A DNA stretch of 64,000 bases from a phage. The position numbers were made by a program, and so were the translations under genes. The stretch lies in the sequence record PZ452591.1. One strand, 5' to 3'. Of this stretch, positions 28,883 through 39,398 are shown piece by piece (position 1 is the stretch's first letter; each line of letters begins with the position of its first letter). The notes below the pieces were generated by a model. It searched no databases. It saw only the letters and a program-made list of their open reading frames with translations, and was not told where the DNA came from.

Positions 28883-28907
28883 GTTATTCTCCTCTTAACT
28901 GATAGAA

Positions 28908-28941
28908 AAATTATACCACAGTCAAGAGGAAAAGTAAACAG
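28908..28941 (-). promoter_or_regulatory. T4-type early promoter upstream of regB
   Basis: GTTTAC (28934-28939), 18-nt spacer, TGGTATAAT (-10 at 28910-28915), about 28 nt from regB ATG. Confidence 0.65.
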
Positions 28942-29262
28942 TTATTCTTTAAATCTAATCAATTTATTCATAGACTTTGAAACTTCTGCACGAACCTCAT
29001 GTAGATTTTTGAGCTGCTCAAGACGCTGCGCATAGTAAGCAATTTCATCTTCTTCGAGACAGTCCTGTGAATCTTCTTTAAGATAACGCGCATAGTCCTG
29101 GAAAGCGTTACGAACTACTTCCTGGAAGTCATCAAGACTTTGAATTTTCTTAGGAGCAACAGATACACGACGAGGGGCAGTATAATACTCATAACCAAAC
29201 CCTGCGCTTAATTGAGCCATTAGTATTTTTCCTCTGGTTGGAACACTGCACGACAAGCCCAC
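28942..29262 (-). CDS. hypothetical protein (vs.3 position; start may be internal Met at 29218-29220)
   Basis: 106 aa track ORF. Confidence 0.4.
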   Translation of the reverse strand: MGLSCSVPTRGKILMAQLSAGFGYEYYTAPRRVSVAPKKIQSLDDFQEVVRNAFQDYARYLKEDSQDCLEEDEIAYYAQRLEQLKNLHEVRAEVSKSMNKLIRFKE

Positions 29263-29522
29263 ATACTGGCTTCTTTGAGTTTCGTTTTAGCAATAGTTAA
29301 CTGATCGAGGCTTTCAGCATAATTCTTCGCGAATTCACAGTCTTCACAATTATCTAGTGCTTCCCAGAATTCATCATATAAAGCATCAAAGATAAGCCCT
29401 AAACGAACTTCAGCATCTTTGATAGCATTCACTTTACTGATTTTATCGTCAGTATGTGGCTTATAACCTTTAATGTCTTCAATCATATTTGACTTCCTCA
29501 CCAGTACATAAATCGTATTCAA
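29220..29522 (-). CDS. hypothetical protein (vs.4 position)
   Basis: 100 aa track ORF. Confidence 0.4.
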   Translation of the reverse strand: MNTIYVLVRKSNMIEDIKGYKPHTDDKISKVNAIKDAEVRLGLIFDALYDEFWEALDNCEDCEFAKNYAESLDQLTIAKTKLKEASMWACRAVFQPEEKY

Positions 29523-29700
29523 CTAAACGAATAGGTTCATGAATGCCATATCCCTGAACAGAAATTTCTGTCGTAGGATAAATTCCATCAATATCACCCA
29601 TATTCCAGGATTCATTAAATTGTTGTTCGCCTGAATTACTAAACCACTCGGCGAAAGCATTTAGCACATCTTCAGAACCTTCAATAATTATCTTTGCCAT
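29479..29700 (-). CDS. hypothetical acidic protein (vs.5 position)
   Basis: 73 aa ORF. Confidence 0.4.
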   Translation of the reverse strand: MAKIIIEGSEDVLNAFAEWFSNSGEQQFNESWNMGDIDGIYPTTEISVQGYGIHEPIRLVEYDLCTGEEVKYD

Positions 29701-30062
29701 TACAAACTCTCGGTAAAGGTACGAGCGATAACGTCGCGCTGCTGTTCCGGAGTCAGAGAGTTAAAGCGAACTGCATAACCGGATACACGGATGGTCAGCT
29801 GCGGATATTTTTCCGGATGCTTAACTGCATCTTCCAGAGTTTCACGACGCAGAACGTTAACGTTCAGGTGTTGACCACCTTCAATTTTAACTGTAGGCTG
29901 TGGCTCAATTTCAATTTCACGGGCATGCAAACCATAGAAAATTTCTGGGTCTACAAAAGAGTCCTCTTTAAAGGTTTTAGAAACGATAATTCGTGCTTGA
30001 ATACCATCTTCAAAATAAATAGTGCCTTTGTGTGTGCCTTCAAGAATTTGATATGCTTTCAT
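29700..30062 (-). CDS. GrcA/YfiD-like autonomous glycyl radical cofactor
   Basis: 120 aa; glycyl radical motif RVSGYAVRF; C-terminal half matches E. coli GrcA as recalled; 3' half of gene visibly GC-richer than neighbours. Confidence 0.8.
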   Translation of the reverse strand: MKAYQILEGTHKGTIYFEDGIQARIIVSKTFKEDSFVDPEIFYGLHAREIEIEPQPTVKIEGGQHLNVNVLRRETLEDAVKHPEKYPQLTIRVSGYAVRFNSLTPEQQRDVIARTFTESL

Positions 30063-30069
30063 ATAAACC

Positions 30070-30450
30070 TCAATTAGAAAATAAATTTATCCAGGATTGT
30101 TCTTTAATTAAAAACGGCTCAGAATCATATGCCATTAAACTTTGGGTAATTAATCCTTTAAAAGGTCCATCAATAAATTCCATGGTAAAATATGGAATTT
30201 TATTCATTAGCCGTGCATTAGGAGCAGTGCACAAAACTCTGCATCCTTTGAATACACCTTTTTGTAATTTGTATTGCTTGGGATAAAATTCGCTTAAAAT
30301 GTTGTTATTTGCCAAAATTTCAAAATGATTCACCAATTTATTTTTAATAGTTTTTGGCGAAAAATAAAGATATTCGAAAAGCTGAGTGTCTGTCATCATT
30401 GCATTCCAATTACGAAAAACTGTGGACGAGTAATACCACCAATACAACAT
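30070..30450 (-). CDS. hypothetical protein (vs.7 position)
   Basis: 126 aa track ORF. Confidence 0.4.
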   Translation of the reverse strand: MLYWWYYSSTVFRNWNAMMTDTQLFEYLYFSPKTIKNKLVNHFEILANNNILSEFYPKQYKLQKGVFKGCRVLCTAPNARLMNKIPYFTMEFIDGPFKGLITQSLMAYDSEPFLIKEQSWINLFSN

Positions 30451-30983
30451 TTAATATTACAGCAGCAGTGTACAGTGTCAATATGGACACTATAAATCTT
30501 ATCCATATCAGGAGATTTGACAGGCTCATCAATTATATATAAAATTCGCGAAAGCGATAAACCTCTGAACTTGCTTCCTTTATTACCAATAAAACTGCGC
30601 ACAGAATCAGTAAATAAACGAAAACGTATATCATCATTAGAATAACGCGAAAATTCCTTTTTAATGTTATTTGCAGAAATTTTAGCGTAAGCTGAAGTAT
30701 TAGAAAGAACAATAACTGTTCCGCCATCATATAACCAATTAGCAGCAAAGTTAGTCACAGCAATTGATTTACCGGATTGACGTCCACCATCTATACGAAG
30801 TGTGCAATACTGTTTAAGTAAGTCTTCAAATGGTGGGATATAATCGTTTTTACAAATTTCTTCTACTCTAGCATCAGAATGGTGTGTAAAAGCATTCATC
30901 AGGGATAGATAAGGACCAGTTAAAAATGTTCTCATTTTATTCTCTCTAGGTTTGGGCCATTCCGTGGCGCATGAATTGTCCAT
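30396..30983 (-). CDS. P-loop protein with C-terminal Cys cluster (start probably MRTFLTG near 30935)
   Basis: GGRQSGKS Walker A-like; HCCCNIKCC cluster; track N-terminus runs into a repeated intergenic element. Confidence 0.45.
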   Translation of the reverse strand: MDNSCATEWPKPRENKMRTFLTGPYLSLMNAFTHHSDARVEEICKNDYIPPFEDLLKQYCTLRIDGGRQSGKSIAVTNFAANWLYDGGTVIVLSNTSAYAKISANNIKKEFSRYSNDDIRFRLFTDSVRSFIGNKGSKFRGLSLSRILYIIDEPVKSPDMDKIYSVHIDTVHCCCNIKCCIGGITRPQFFVIGMQ

Positions 30984-31088
30984 TTCTGTATTTACCCATT
31001 ACCGCACTTGGGCTCGACCTTATTACAGGTTGGCGGGAATCCCTCACAGAATCATGAGGTCCAGGTTGTTCCCATATTTCTTATTTGC

Positions 31089-31562
31089 TTATTTGAACGA
31101 TTTAACGTACTGAATAGAACCTTTACTATTCACGAAAGCGATTTTACCATTTTTATTATACATGGTAGCAGTACGCTGATAGCCATAAGTTTGCTTACCA
31201 GATTGATAACCAACTAATGCAAAATTATCTTCACCCATTTTATTCTGTTTAGCGCGAATGCGTTCATGACCATGTGCCATAAGAACCTTAGCATCACCAG
31301 TTGCAATGGATCGACGAGTTTTTTCATCTTCAACTGTATTAACAAAGTCGTCAAATGAATCAAATTTAGCATGAGATTTATTATACAGTTTTCCATCTAC
31401 TGCATAATTATATCCTTGTACATCCATCTCAACTTCTGTACCATCATCTAATACAGCAGTAATTTTCTGTCCTTTTTTAAATTTCAAAAGATCAGTAAAA
31501 GATTCAGCAATAATTTGAGAATTAATAGCTGCCTCAGTAATAAATTCTTGATATGTTTTCAT
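31089..31562 (-). CDS. internal protein with capsid-targeting sequence (IPII locus)
   Basis: N-terminus MKTYQEFITEA equals the T4 internal-protein CTS. Confidence 0.6.
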   Translation of the reverse strand: MKTYQEFITEAAINSQIIAESFTDLLKFKKGQKITAVLDDGTEVEMDVQGYNYAVDGKLYNKSHAKFDSFDDFVNTVEDEKTRRSIATGDAKVLMAHGHERIRAKQNKMGEDNFALVGYQSGKQTYGYQRTATMYNKNGKIAFVNSKGSIQYVKSFK

Positions 31563-31670
31563 GTATATCCTTTAAATGTAAATAGTTTTATTCTTTAAGT
31601 TTTGGACAATTCATGCGTGTGAATTGTCCGTTTCTATATTTACCCATTACCAGGTTCGAACTCGGCTTTA

Positions 31671-32252
31671 TTAAGAATTACCGCGGGCTGCATTAGCAAC
31701 GGCGTAAGCGTACTGAACATTAGCGTCTTTAAACGTACCTTTAGAGGTATCTATTTCTGCCTTAAAGCCGCCTTTAGTCATAACATCGGCAAATTCTTTA
31801 CGGAAAGCCATTGCATCAAGACCTTTCCATGATGATTTATGCTTGGCAAATTCAAGACCGGCAAAGTTAACAGCCTTAGCTAATTTATTATCAATAACCC
31901 ATTTACCTGCTTTGGGCACAAACACCGGACCTTTCTGTTTGGAGAACAGTTTTAAATTCCATCGGCGAAGGTCTGCATCGGCTTTAACAAATTCTGAGTC
32001 TAAATTACTAGCAACAACATCTTGAATATGGGCAAATTTAAGTCCATCAACTTCAATATTTAGATCGTTACGCCAGCGAAGTCCTTCCCATGCGAAGGCT
32101 TTAAAGTCGGAAGCCTTTGTAGCTAAGTACCGTTCAATAGGAGCTGTTTTAGGGTCAAAGCCGTTTCCCGATCGGTAGGTCCACTCATCTTTGTTAATGC
32201 CTTTGGCCTTTACTACAGAAGCTTCGGCAATAAATTCTTGATAGGTTTTCAT
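31671..32252 (-). CDS. ipIII: internal protein with capsid-targeting sequence (IPIII-like)
   Basis: N-terminus MKTYQEFIAEA CTS; 193 aa; position upstream of e as in T4. Confidence 0.6.
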   Translation of the reverse strand: MKTYQEFIAEASVVKAKGINKDEWTYRSGNGFDPKTAPIERYLATKASDFKAFAWEGLRWRNDLNIEVDGLKFAHIQDVVASNLDSEFVKADADLRRWNLKLFSKQKGPVFVPKAGKWVIDNKLAKAVNFAGLEFAKHKSSWKGLDAMAFRKEFADVMTKGGFKAEIDTSKGTFKDANVQYAYAVANAARGNS

Positions 32253-32304
32253 GTATTTCCTTTAAATATTTTAATTAGTAATTTGTCTATTCAAGTAACT
32301 GTGA

Positions 32305-32338
32305 ATATACTATCACAATTCCAAGAGAAAGTAAACAA
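32305..32338 (-). promoter_or_regulatory. T4-type early promoter upstream of ipIII-like gene
   Basis: GTTTAC (32331-32336), 18-nt spacer, TAGTAT. Confidence 0.5.
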
Positions 32339-32340
32339 CT

Positions 32341-33309
<969 letters not shown>

Positions 33310-33313
<4 letters not shown>

Positions 33314-33813
33314 TTTAATTTCCTACATTCAGTGATAAAGTTATTTAAATTTTGAGCATATTTCTTTTCATCAAAAATCTTTTGCTGTCTGCGTAACCGC
33401 CATGGCATTTCAATGAACATGCGCCATATTCCTGATAATACTGCTGTTGTAAAAATATTAACAAGTATAGTTAAAAGAATCCAATCTCCTATTCTGTCCA
33501 TTGGATTTTTTATAAAAAAGTAAAATACGAACGATGATATAGGAAGACTAATGATATACCACAGAAGAACCTTCTTATCTGTGAACCACTCGGCATTCGT
33601 TAGCTTAGCGCGACCATTTTGAATACACACGAATTTATCATCTGTTACAGTAAATGGCTTAGCTGCTTGATATCCCATTCTAAACTCCCTAATTAATCGT
33701 TTCTTTGTGTCTTCAGAACAACCATTCCAGTCAACTCTATCAACTGGAATGCCATCATCCCCATCGTCTAAGTCATACCAGCGAGTTTTTAAAATCATCT
33801 GATTTTCCTGCAA
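33310..33813 (-). CDS. membrane protein (e.2 position)
   Basis: 167 aa; two TM segments. Confidence 0.5.
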
Positions 33814-34157
33814 TCACTCACAAACTCTTTCATTGCTTCATTTTCAATATAAGAAATGTAGCTATTATATTCTTTTAATTGTATTTTGTAATCCTTTTTT
33901 CTTTGCCAATTTATTTTAAAGTTATCATAATGAAAATATAAAATGATACCAAAGAATGAAAACAATGAAATAATTTTAGTATAACAAAGCTCACTCCAAA
34001 CTTCTATTATATCTACTGTACCACTGATTTTTAAAATAAAACAGTCAATTAACAGTCCAATAAGACTACCTGTAAAAGCTGCAGCCAGCGACACTGCAAA
34101 AATTAAAAATGACTCAGAAAACGAATATTTGACTTTATTTAGTTTTGGCTTTTGCAT
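33795..34157 (-). CDS. membrane protein (e.3 position)
   Basis: 120 aa; multiple hydrophobic segments. Confidence 0.5.
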   Translation of the reverse strand: MQKPKLNKVKYSFSESFLIFAVSLAAAFTGSLIGLLIDCFILKISGTVDIIEVWSELCYTKIISLFSFFGIILYFHYDNFKINWQRKKDYKIQLKEYNSYISYIENEAMKEFVSDCRKIR

Positions 34158-34552
34158 CGTGATTCCTTAACAAATTTCATAATTTCATTAAATTCATACA
34201 TATTTAGTTTAAGCTGGTGTTCCTTTTTAATCTTTTTGCACTGGGCTTTCCAATCACGTACGCGTTTACGATAATGTCTTCCTTGATACCAGTATCCTAC
34301 CCAATTTACAGGTACTAATAAAAATGGAACTACCAATGGAAGAGTTAGCATTAACATAATTATTACACCAGATTCAATATCAGTCATAACATCTAAAACA
34401 CCTCCAATAATCAATAGAATTACAAATGATATGAGTATCACAGGACCTATTAATACGTCAGTAGGAATTATCTGACGCTTTAATTCATACTTCAACGGTT
34501 TACTTGGAAGGTATAGTGATGGTTTTGACATATTCTCTACATTCCTTAACAA
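34139..34552 (-). CDS. membrane protein (e.4 position)
   Basis: 137 aa; hydrophobic core, basic C-terminus. Confidence 0.5.
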   Translation of the reverse strand: MLRNVENMSKPSLYLPSKPLKYELKRQIIPTDVLIGPVILISFVILLIIGGVLDVMTDIESGVIIMLMLTLPLVVPFLLVPVNWVGYWYQGRHYRKRVRDWKAQCKKIKKEHQLKLNMYEFNEIMKFVKESRCKSQN

Positions 34553-35108
34553 ATTTTTCTAATAATAAATCGCTTTCAAAATTGGGATTTTCCACTAATT
34601 TATCAAAAAGATCATCAACAATATTCAAGATATTCCTTTTACTAAGAATACGTTTATTTTCATGCTTCGTTTCAGAGTCAACTATAAGAGTAAAGAAATA
34701 TTTCTTTCCCTGAAATTTTACCGTAGTATCAATATAAAATAAATTTGACTTTTGTAAATTACGTTTAAACCATGCGTCGCTTAAACTATAAACACCGAGA
34801 TAATCAAAATCGTCGTTTAAATAACATACGGTCCATTCAGGAGAAATGAAATCAGTAAATTCAACATCAAAATCGCATGTTAATAAATAAATTGATTCAA
34901 TACTGTTAATAAGTATTCCAGGACGTATTAAAGACTTTTTACCTCTAGAAAATCTTCCAGAAAGACTTTCATCAGTTTCATATGAAGAACCCCAATAATA
35001 ATTACGTCCTTCTGCCATATGTTTAAGAGCATTTAATAATTGGTCTGGAACATCAACCTGTCTTTGAAACTCTTCAAACATTGAATTGAAATCACTTTGC
35101 ATTTTCAT
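34500..35108 (-). CDS. hypothetical protein (e.5 position)
   Basis: 202 aa ORF. Confidence 0.5.
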   Translation of the reverse strand: MKMQSDFNSMFEEFQRQVDVPDQLLNALKHMAEGRNYYWGSSYETDESLSGRFSRGKKSLIRPGILINSIESIYLLTCDFDVEFTDFISPEWTVCYLNDDFDYLGVYSLSDAWFKRNLQKSNLFYIDTTVKFQGKKYFFTLIVDSETKHENKRILSKRNILNIVDDLFDKLVENPNFESDLLLEKFVKECREYVKTITIPSK

Positions 35109-35130
35109 TCCTATTTACTCCAAGTAATAG

Positions 35131-35144
35131 GGGCCGAAGCCCCT
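35131..35144 (-). terminator. UUCG-tetraloop hairpin at gene 3' end
   Basis: minus strand GGGGC-UUCG-GCCCC just past the stop of the 35150..35743 ORF. Confidence 0.4.
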
Positions 35145-35149
35145 TATCA

Positions 35150-35743
35150 TTATTTCAGAGAATTAATATATTCCTGAACATCGGCAGAGGTAGTTTCAAC
35201 CCCAGAAATATTACCATTAAAGGTTTCAACTCGAGCGAGAGTGTCTTCAATATCAACCTTAGTCAGTGCTGCAATTTCAACTACATCATCAGCAGTACTA
35301 ATTCCAAGGGCATTCGCTGCACGAGTTTCACGGATATATTCCAATTTAACCGCAAGTTCTTGGCGTGCATCATCCAATTCAACTACTTTCTTAGCGATTT
35401 CAATTCGCATTTCAGCATAACCATCAGCTTTAGTAGTCAACTGCTCAGCTGTTCGACGATATAGTAAACCGAGTTTAGCATGCATTGTTACATCTTGACC
35501 TTCGGAAAGAAGCTTGCGAATTTCACGCTCTTTTGATTCAGCCTGCTTATTCTTTTCGACAATAAGTTCACGAATACGCTTTTCTTCATTAATAGATTTA
35601 ACGGAAGCAGTTTTTAGATCTTTAATCTTATCAAGTAGTTTTGCTGCCGCAGCAGTATACTGTTCTTCAACAGATAGATTTTTAGCCATAGCAGAACCAA
35701 GTTTAGTGCGAATAAACTCAACAATTTTCTTCAGTGTGTTCAT
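35150..35743 (-). CDS. coiled-coil protein (e.6 position)
   Basis: 197 aa; heptad-rich, charged. Confidence 0.5.
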
Positions 35744-35800
35744 AGTATTTCCTTAGGTTGATACAATTAGATAATATCACGTTTTTAATAGATTGTAAAC

Positions 35801-36136
35801 TTATTCTTCGTCTAGCTCATCAATAAAGACATCAATGGCCTCGATAACGGCATCATTGATAGCCAATAAAGTAAAATCATCGTCAGTGCCTTTAGAAGAT
35901 TCTAAAGCATTGATATATGCTTGGTTAGCAAGTTCCCAAGCCTTTTTAAAATAAGGAGCTTCATCATCAGGACAAATATCCCGCACGCCTTCAAAGATAC
36001 GTTTGGCATAATCTAACACCCATTGTACAGGCATGTTTTGAGAGCGTTCGTTAAACTCTTTAAATTCCTTAGATTCAAAAAGCTCTTCAGGATAATAATT
36101 TCGATTACAAAAAGCTTTACTAAAGTTACGTTTCAT
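35801..36136 (-). CDS. hypothetical protein (e.7 position)
   Basis: 111 aa ORF. Confidence 0.5.
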   Translation of the reverse strand: MKRNFSKAFCNRNYYPEELFESKEFKEFNERSQNMPVQWVLDYAKRIFEGVRDICPDDEAPYFKKAWELANQAYINALESSKGTDDDFTLLAINDAVIEAIDVFIDELDEE

Positions 36137-36191
36137 AATGTTCTCCTCAAATTATAGGCTCATAATATCTCAATCATGAGCCTATGTAAAC

Positions 36192-36467
36192 TTATTTCAT
36201 ATTATTGAAATATTCTTCTGCGATTTCGTCGTTATCATGGTAAACTTTAGAAGACAGTTTAACATAACCTTCTGCCGTGAACATGTTAATCACAACCTTT
36301 ACAGTATACCACTGACCATCTTCATTACCCATTACTGCGTAAGTTTCAAACATCGGATGATCAGGACCGATAACTTTAATATCATTCACTGTACGACCGA
36401 AATCTTCTGAAACACATTTCATAAAGAAGTTGAACAGTTCGCCGTAATTATCCATTTCATTCTCCAA
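36192..36467 (-). CDS. hypothetical protein (e.8 position)
   Basis: 91 aa ORF downstream of early promoter. Confidence 0.5.
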   Translation of the reverse strand: MENEMDNYGELFNFFMKCVSEDFGRTVNDIKVIGPDHPMFETYAVMGNEDGQWYTVKVVINMFTAEGYVKLSSKVYHDNDEIAEEYFNNMK

Positions 36468-36496
36468 GTTGTTTTCTGTATCAGTAGTTGATAGTT

Positions 36497-36530
36497 GTAT
36501 AGTACCATGGAAGAACAGGGATGTAAACAG
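36497..36530 (-). promoter_or_regulatory. T4-type early promoter carrying conserved 18-mer
   Basis: GTTTAC (36523-36528), 18-nt spacer, TGGTACTAT (-10 at 36499-36504). Confidence 0.6.
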
Positions 36531-36660
36531 TTTTGTGAAAAAATTTTTAAAAAGTTTTAGGGAATTCTAGGGTCAGGAGGGGCAATTAAAAGGTAGGATA
36601 ATATATTATAAAGGGTATAAACTAAATGATGCCTAGAGAGGCCCGGAAAGGCCTAGATAC

Positions 36661-36688
36661 CAAAAAGCCCCAACCTTTCGGCCAGGGC
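36661..36688 (-). terminator. rho-independent terminator ending the tRNA/stable-RNA transcription unit
   Basis: minus strand GCCCUGGCC-GAAA-GGUUGGGGC hairpin followed by UUUUUGG. Confidence 0.6.
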
Positions 36689-36689
36689 T

Positions 36690-37005
36690 AAGCCTTGCGG
36701 CAACCTTGTCGGGGTTCCACCTGCTAAGGCAAGTGTTTGTACGAAACGCCGGGACTTGAACCCGGTTATTAAGTAGTTGACGCTACTCAATATTTTTAAA
36801 AGGCCATATCTCGACCATATCCGAACGTTCCGTCAAAAACGCTACTCGGCTTACGGCAAAGATATTTCCTCGAATCGATAATTCGGCGCGCCGTTTCTGC
36901 TGTGATATAAGGGGACATTAACAAAACATAAAGATTTATTAATGCCAGTCCTTAAACAGGGAACATCAGTCCGACGACTTGCCGGTAGCGACCCGGCTTC
37001 TTGTC
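36690..37005 (-). ncRNA. probable small stable RNA(s) (T4 rnaC/rnaD-like region); boundaries not resolved
   Basis: no ORF; tRNA T-arm-like CCGGG-UUCAAGU-CCCGG at 36749-36765; lies between tRNA-Arg and the operon terminator. Confidence 0.35.
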
Positions 37006-37082
<77 letters not shown>

Positions 37083-37085
37083 TAA

Positions 37086-37751
37086 TTAAAATTTCATTTT
37101 TCGACCTTTAAACCATCCTTCTGGAATTGGGTCAGTTTTCTTAATACGTTTAGAAACTTTTTCATCTAATGAATGAATCCACATCATACCAAATTGGGAA
37201 TTCTTTTCGCCCTGTTGGTGTTTATTTCTGGCGTGAGATTCTTTCATTTTATTAATAGTTTCAGGAGTATGATGCTTATTTAAAAATCTGCTATTATTTA
37301 AAAATTTTTCCCTGTATTCAGGAGTTGACCACAAGCGTTTAAATACATTTGAACCATGTTTACGATATTTTTCTTGAAGTAAAATATCATTTTTAAAACG
37401 TGACTTAAACGATTTAGCTCCTTTTAAACTAGCGTCTTTCTTCTGGTTTAGCATCCCAGGAATATTTATATGGTCCCATCCACCTTCACCTCCAAGTTTT
37501 AAATTATACACATCTGGTCTATTTAAAAACTCTTCTGTGACAATATTTTTCTCGGCTTCAAGCATAGATTCTTTATCATCAAAATACTCTAATATTTCTT
37601 TAGAAAAATTTTCTATACCATATTTATCTTGGGCTCTTTTTAATAATTTACCAGAACCCATATATCCATCATCTAAATTTTCGGTAGAATGCACACCAAT
37701 ATAAATTTTATTATTAATTTTATTTGTTATTTTATAAGTGTAATGGAACAT
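37086..37751 (-). CDS. segB: GIY-YIG homing endonuclease (SegB-like) within the tRNA cluster
   Basis: 221 aa; N-terminal YKITNKINNKIYIGVHS GIY-YIG motif; sits between tRNA-Ile and tRNA-Arg. Confidence 0.8.
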   Translation of the reverse strand: MFHYTYKITNKINNKIYIGVHSTENLDDGYMGSGKLLKRAQDKYGIENFSKEILEYFDDKESMLEAEKNIVTEEFLNRPDVYNLKLGGEGGWDHINIPGMLNQKKDASLKGAKSFKSRFKNDILLQEKYRKHGSNVFKRLWSTPEYREKFLNNSRFLNKHHTPETINKMKESHARNKHQQGEKNSQFGMMWIHSLDEKVSKRIKKTDPIPEGWFKGRKMKF

Positions 37752-37792
37752 AAATATCTCCTATTTCTAAGAGTATTTATGTTCCCAAAATA

Positions 37793-37864
37793 TGGCCCTG
37801 GGTGGAATTGAACCACCATCTGGCGATTATGAGTCGCTTGCTTGAACCTTCCAGCTACAGGGCC
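37793..37864 (-). tRNA. tRNA-Ile (anticodon CAU, lysidine-type), no encoded CCA
   Basis: acceptor GGCCCUG/CAGGGCC perfectly paired; anticodon loop ACUCAUAAU. Confidence 0.8.
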
Positions 37865-37865
37865 T

Positions 37866-37938
37866 TGGTGCTGATTGACGGAATCGAACCGCCGACGTCC
37901 TCATTACAAGTGAGGTGCTCTACCTACTGAGCTAAATC
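37866..37938 (-). tRNA. tRNA-Thr (anticodon UGU), CCA encoded
   Basis: acceptor GCUGAUU/AAUCAGC; anticodon loop CUUGUAA. Confidence 0.8.
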
Positions 37939-37940
37939 AG

Positions 37941-38033
37941 CAACGGAGGCGATAGGATTTGAACCTATGAGTCGCCGGAGCGACTGCCGGTTTTCAAGAC
38001 CGGTGCATTAAACCACTCTGCCACGCCTCCAGT
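37941..38033 (-). tRNA. tRNA-Ser (anticodon UGA), long variable arm
   Basis: acceptor GGAGGCG/CGCCUCC; anticodon loop CUUGAAA; class II extra arm. Confidence 0.8.
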
Positions 38034-38035
38034 CT

Positions 38036-38109
38036 CCGTGGCAGGATTTGAACCTACGACATTCTGCTCCCAAAGCAGACGCTCTACCAAACTGAGCTAC
38101 ACGGAGTAA
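38036..38109 (-). tRNA. tRNA-Pro (anticodon UGG)
   Basis: acceptor CUCCGUG/CACGGAG; anticodon loop UUUGGGA. Confidence 0.8.
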
Positions 38110-38116
38110 ATTAAAT

Positions 38117-38193
<77 letters not shown>

Positions 38194-38198
38194 TTTGG

Positions 38199-38282
38199 TG
38201 CGAGAAGTGGGACTCGAACCCACAAGGAAATCATTCCGCAGCATTTTAAGTGCTGTGCCTTTACCAATTTGACCATTCTCGC
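38199..38282 (-). tRNA. tRNA-Leu (anticodon UAA), CCA encoded, long variable arm
   Basis: acceptor GCGAGAA/UUCUCGC; anticodon loop CUUAAAA. Confidence 0.8.
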
Positions 38283-38283
38283 G

Positions 38284-38356
38284 CTGGGAATAAAGGACTC
38301 GAACCTTTGCATCCTGGAATCAAAATCCAGTGCCTTACCAACTTGGCTAATTCCCA
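38284..38356 (-). tRNA. tRNA-Gln (anticodon UUG)
   Basis: acceptor UGGGAAU/AUUCCCA; anticodon loop UUUUGAU. Confidence 0.8.
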
Positions 38357-38453
38357 ATTATTAACAAAGGCTCTCTAACAAGAACCCTTGATGATAGAGG
38401 GTATTAATCAGTGCAGTATGAGTTAATAATAACAAATAATTCTTAAAGCATAT

Positions 38454-38741
38454 TTACCATTTATGATAATACATATTTACGATGCATTCAAGACCCAAAG
38501 GATTCTTGAAAATATCATATTCAAGAGGACCTTTTTCCGTTTCAATAAAGAAATCAAAATTTACTGTATTAAATTTACGGTCTTCCTTCACTAATTTAAC
38601 CTGAGAAAATGAACGGTCAATGTAAACCTTTTCAACTTCAAAACATGTTAAAATGCCATAATCATCAATCAAGGCTTTAGCTGCGTCTTGATCATATTTA
38701 TATCCATTTTCAATGGATGATACTTTAGCATAAAGAATCAT
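38454..38741 (-). CDS. hypothetical protein (IP-locus accessory ORF)
   Basis: 95 aa ORF; no recognisable motif. Confidence 0.45.
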   Translation of the reverse strand: MILYAKVSSIENGYKYDQDAAKALIDDYGILTCFEVEKVYIDRSFSQVKLVKEDRKFNTVNFDFFIETEKGPLEYDIFKNPLGLECIVNMYYHKW

Positions 38742-38743
38742 TA

Positions 38744-39154
38744 TCAGCCTCTATCAACGATAGTATGAGTATGGGCATTTACGATTTGCCACCAGTCGAA
38801 ACGATTGGAACCATAATCTGGTTTATTTTCATTCTCTTTAATGATATCACGCAGTTTATCTTCTGTTTCAGCATACGCAATTAAATCATCATATCCACCG
38901 CAAGGATAATAATTATCACCTGCGAATAAAAGAAAATTTACCTTAGATGGATTTACGTAATAATGGTCTTTAGGATATTTAGTTCCTCTCCAATCAGTTA
39001 CTTCAACATAACGGTAAGAAAATCCATTTTTACTTTCAATCCAACTCCACGCTTCAAAAGGAGTATTAAAAACTTTATCAGGTATTAAATTACCTTCAAA
39101 ATGAGAAGGATTTGCATAATCCCCGGCATAAACATAATATTCGTTAATACTCAT
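38744..39154 (-). CDS. hypothetical protein (IP-locus accessory ORF)
   Basis: 136 aa; Tyr/Trp-rich; weak internal repeat YAGDYANP / FAGDNYYP. Confidence 0.45.
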   Translation of the reverse strand: MSINEYYVYAGDYANPSHFEGNLIPDKVFNTPFEAWSWIESKNGFSYRYVEVTDWRGTKYPKDHYYVNPSKVNFLLFAGDNYYPCGGYDDLIAYAETEDKLRDIIKENENKPDYGSNRFDWWQIVNAHTHTIVDRG

Positions 39155-39340
39155 TTATTCACCTTTAGAAATTTTATCCATAACAATAGCAATTAAACCA
39201 ATTAAAAATGCTACTACAAGTGAAAACACATTTTCTGCTGTAGTCAATAATCCACATATAAATCCAACAAACATTGAAAAACTAAAAGCGGAAGCAGAAA
39301 TTGCAATAGCAACATTTCGAATTAATTCACAACGTTTCAT
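39155..39340 (-). CDS. small membrane protein (2 TM)
   Basis: 61 aa; hydrophobic AIAISASAFSFSMFVGFICGLL and LVVAFLIGLIAIV. Confidence 0.45.
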   Translation of the reverse strand: MKRCELIRNVAIAISASAFSFSMFVGFICGLLTTAENVFSLVVAFLIGLIAIVMDKISKGE

Positions 39341-39357
39341 TTTATTCTCCTCAGTAG

Positions 39358-39398
39358 TAGATAGGGTAATAGTATCACTACCCTATCTAAAAGTAAAC
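39358..39398 (-). promoter_or_regulatory. early promoter with embedded stem-loop (promoter/stem-loop cassette)
   Basis: GTTTAC (39393-39398); -10 TGATACTAT inside perfect inverted repeat TAGATAGGGTA/TACCCTATCTA (39358-39389). Confidence 0.6.

Noticed and set aside
36637-36660. Hairpin AGGCC-CGGAAA-GGCCU just beyond the operon terminator
   Set aside because: Not followed by a U-run on either strand; more likely a stability or processing structure, and the adjacent 36661-36688 hairpin already accounts for termination.
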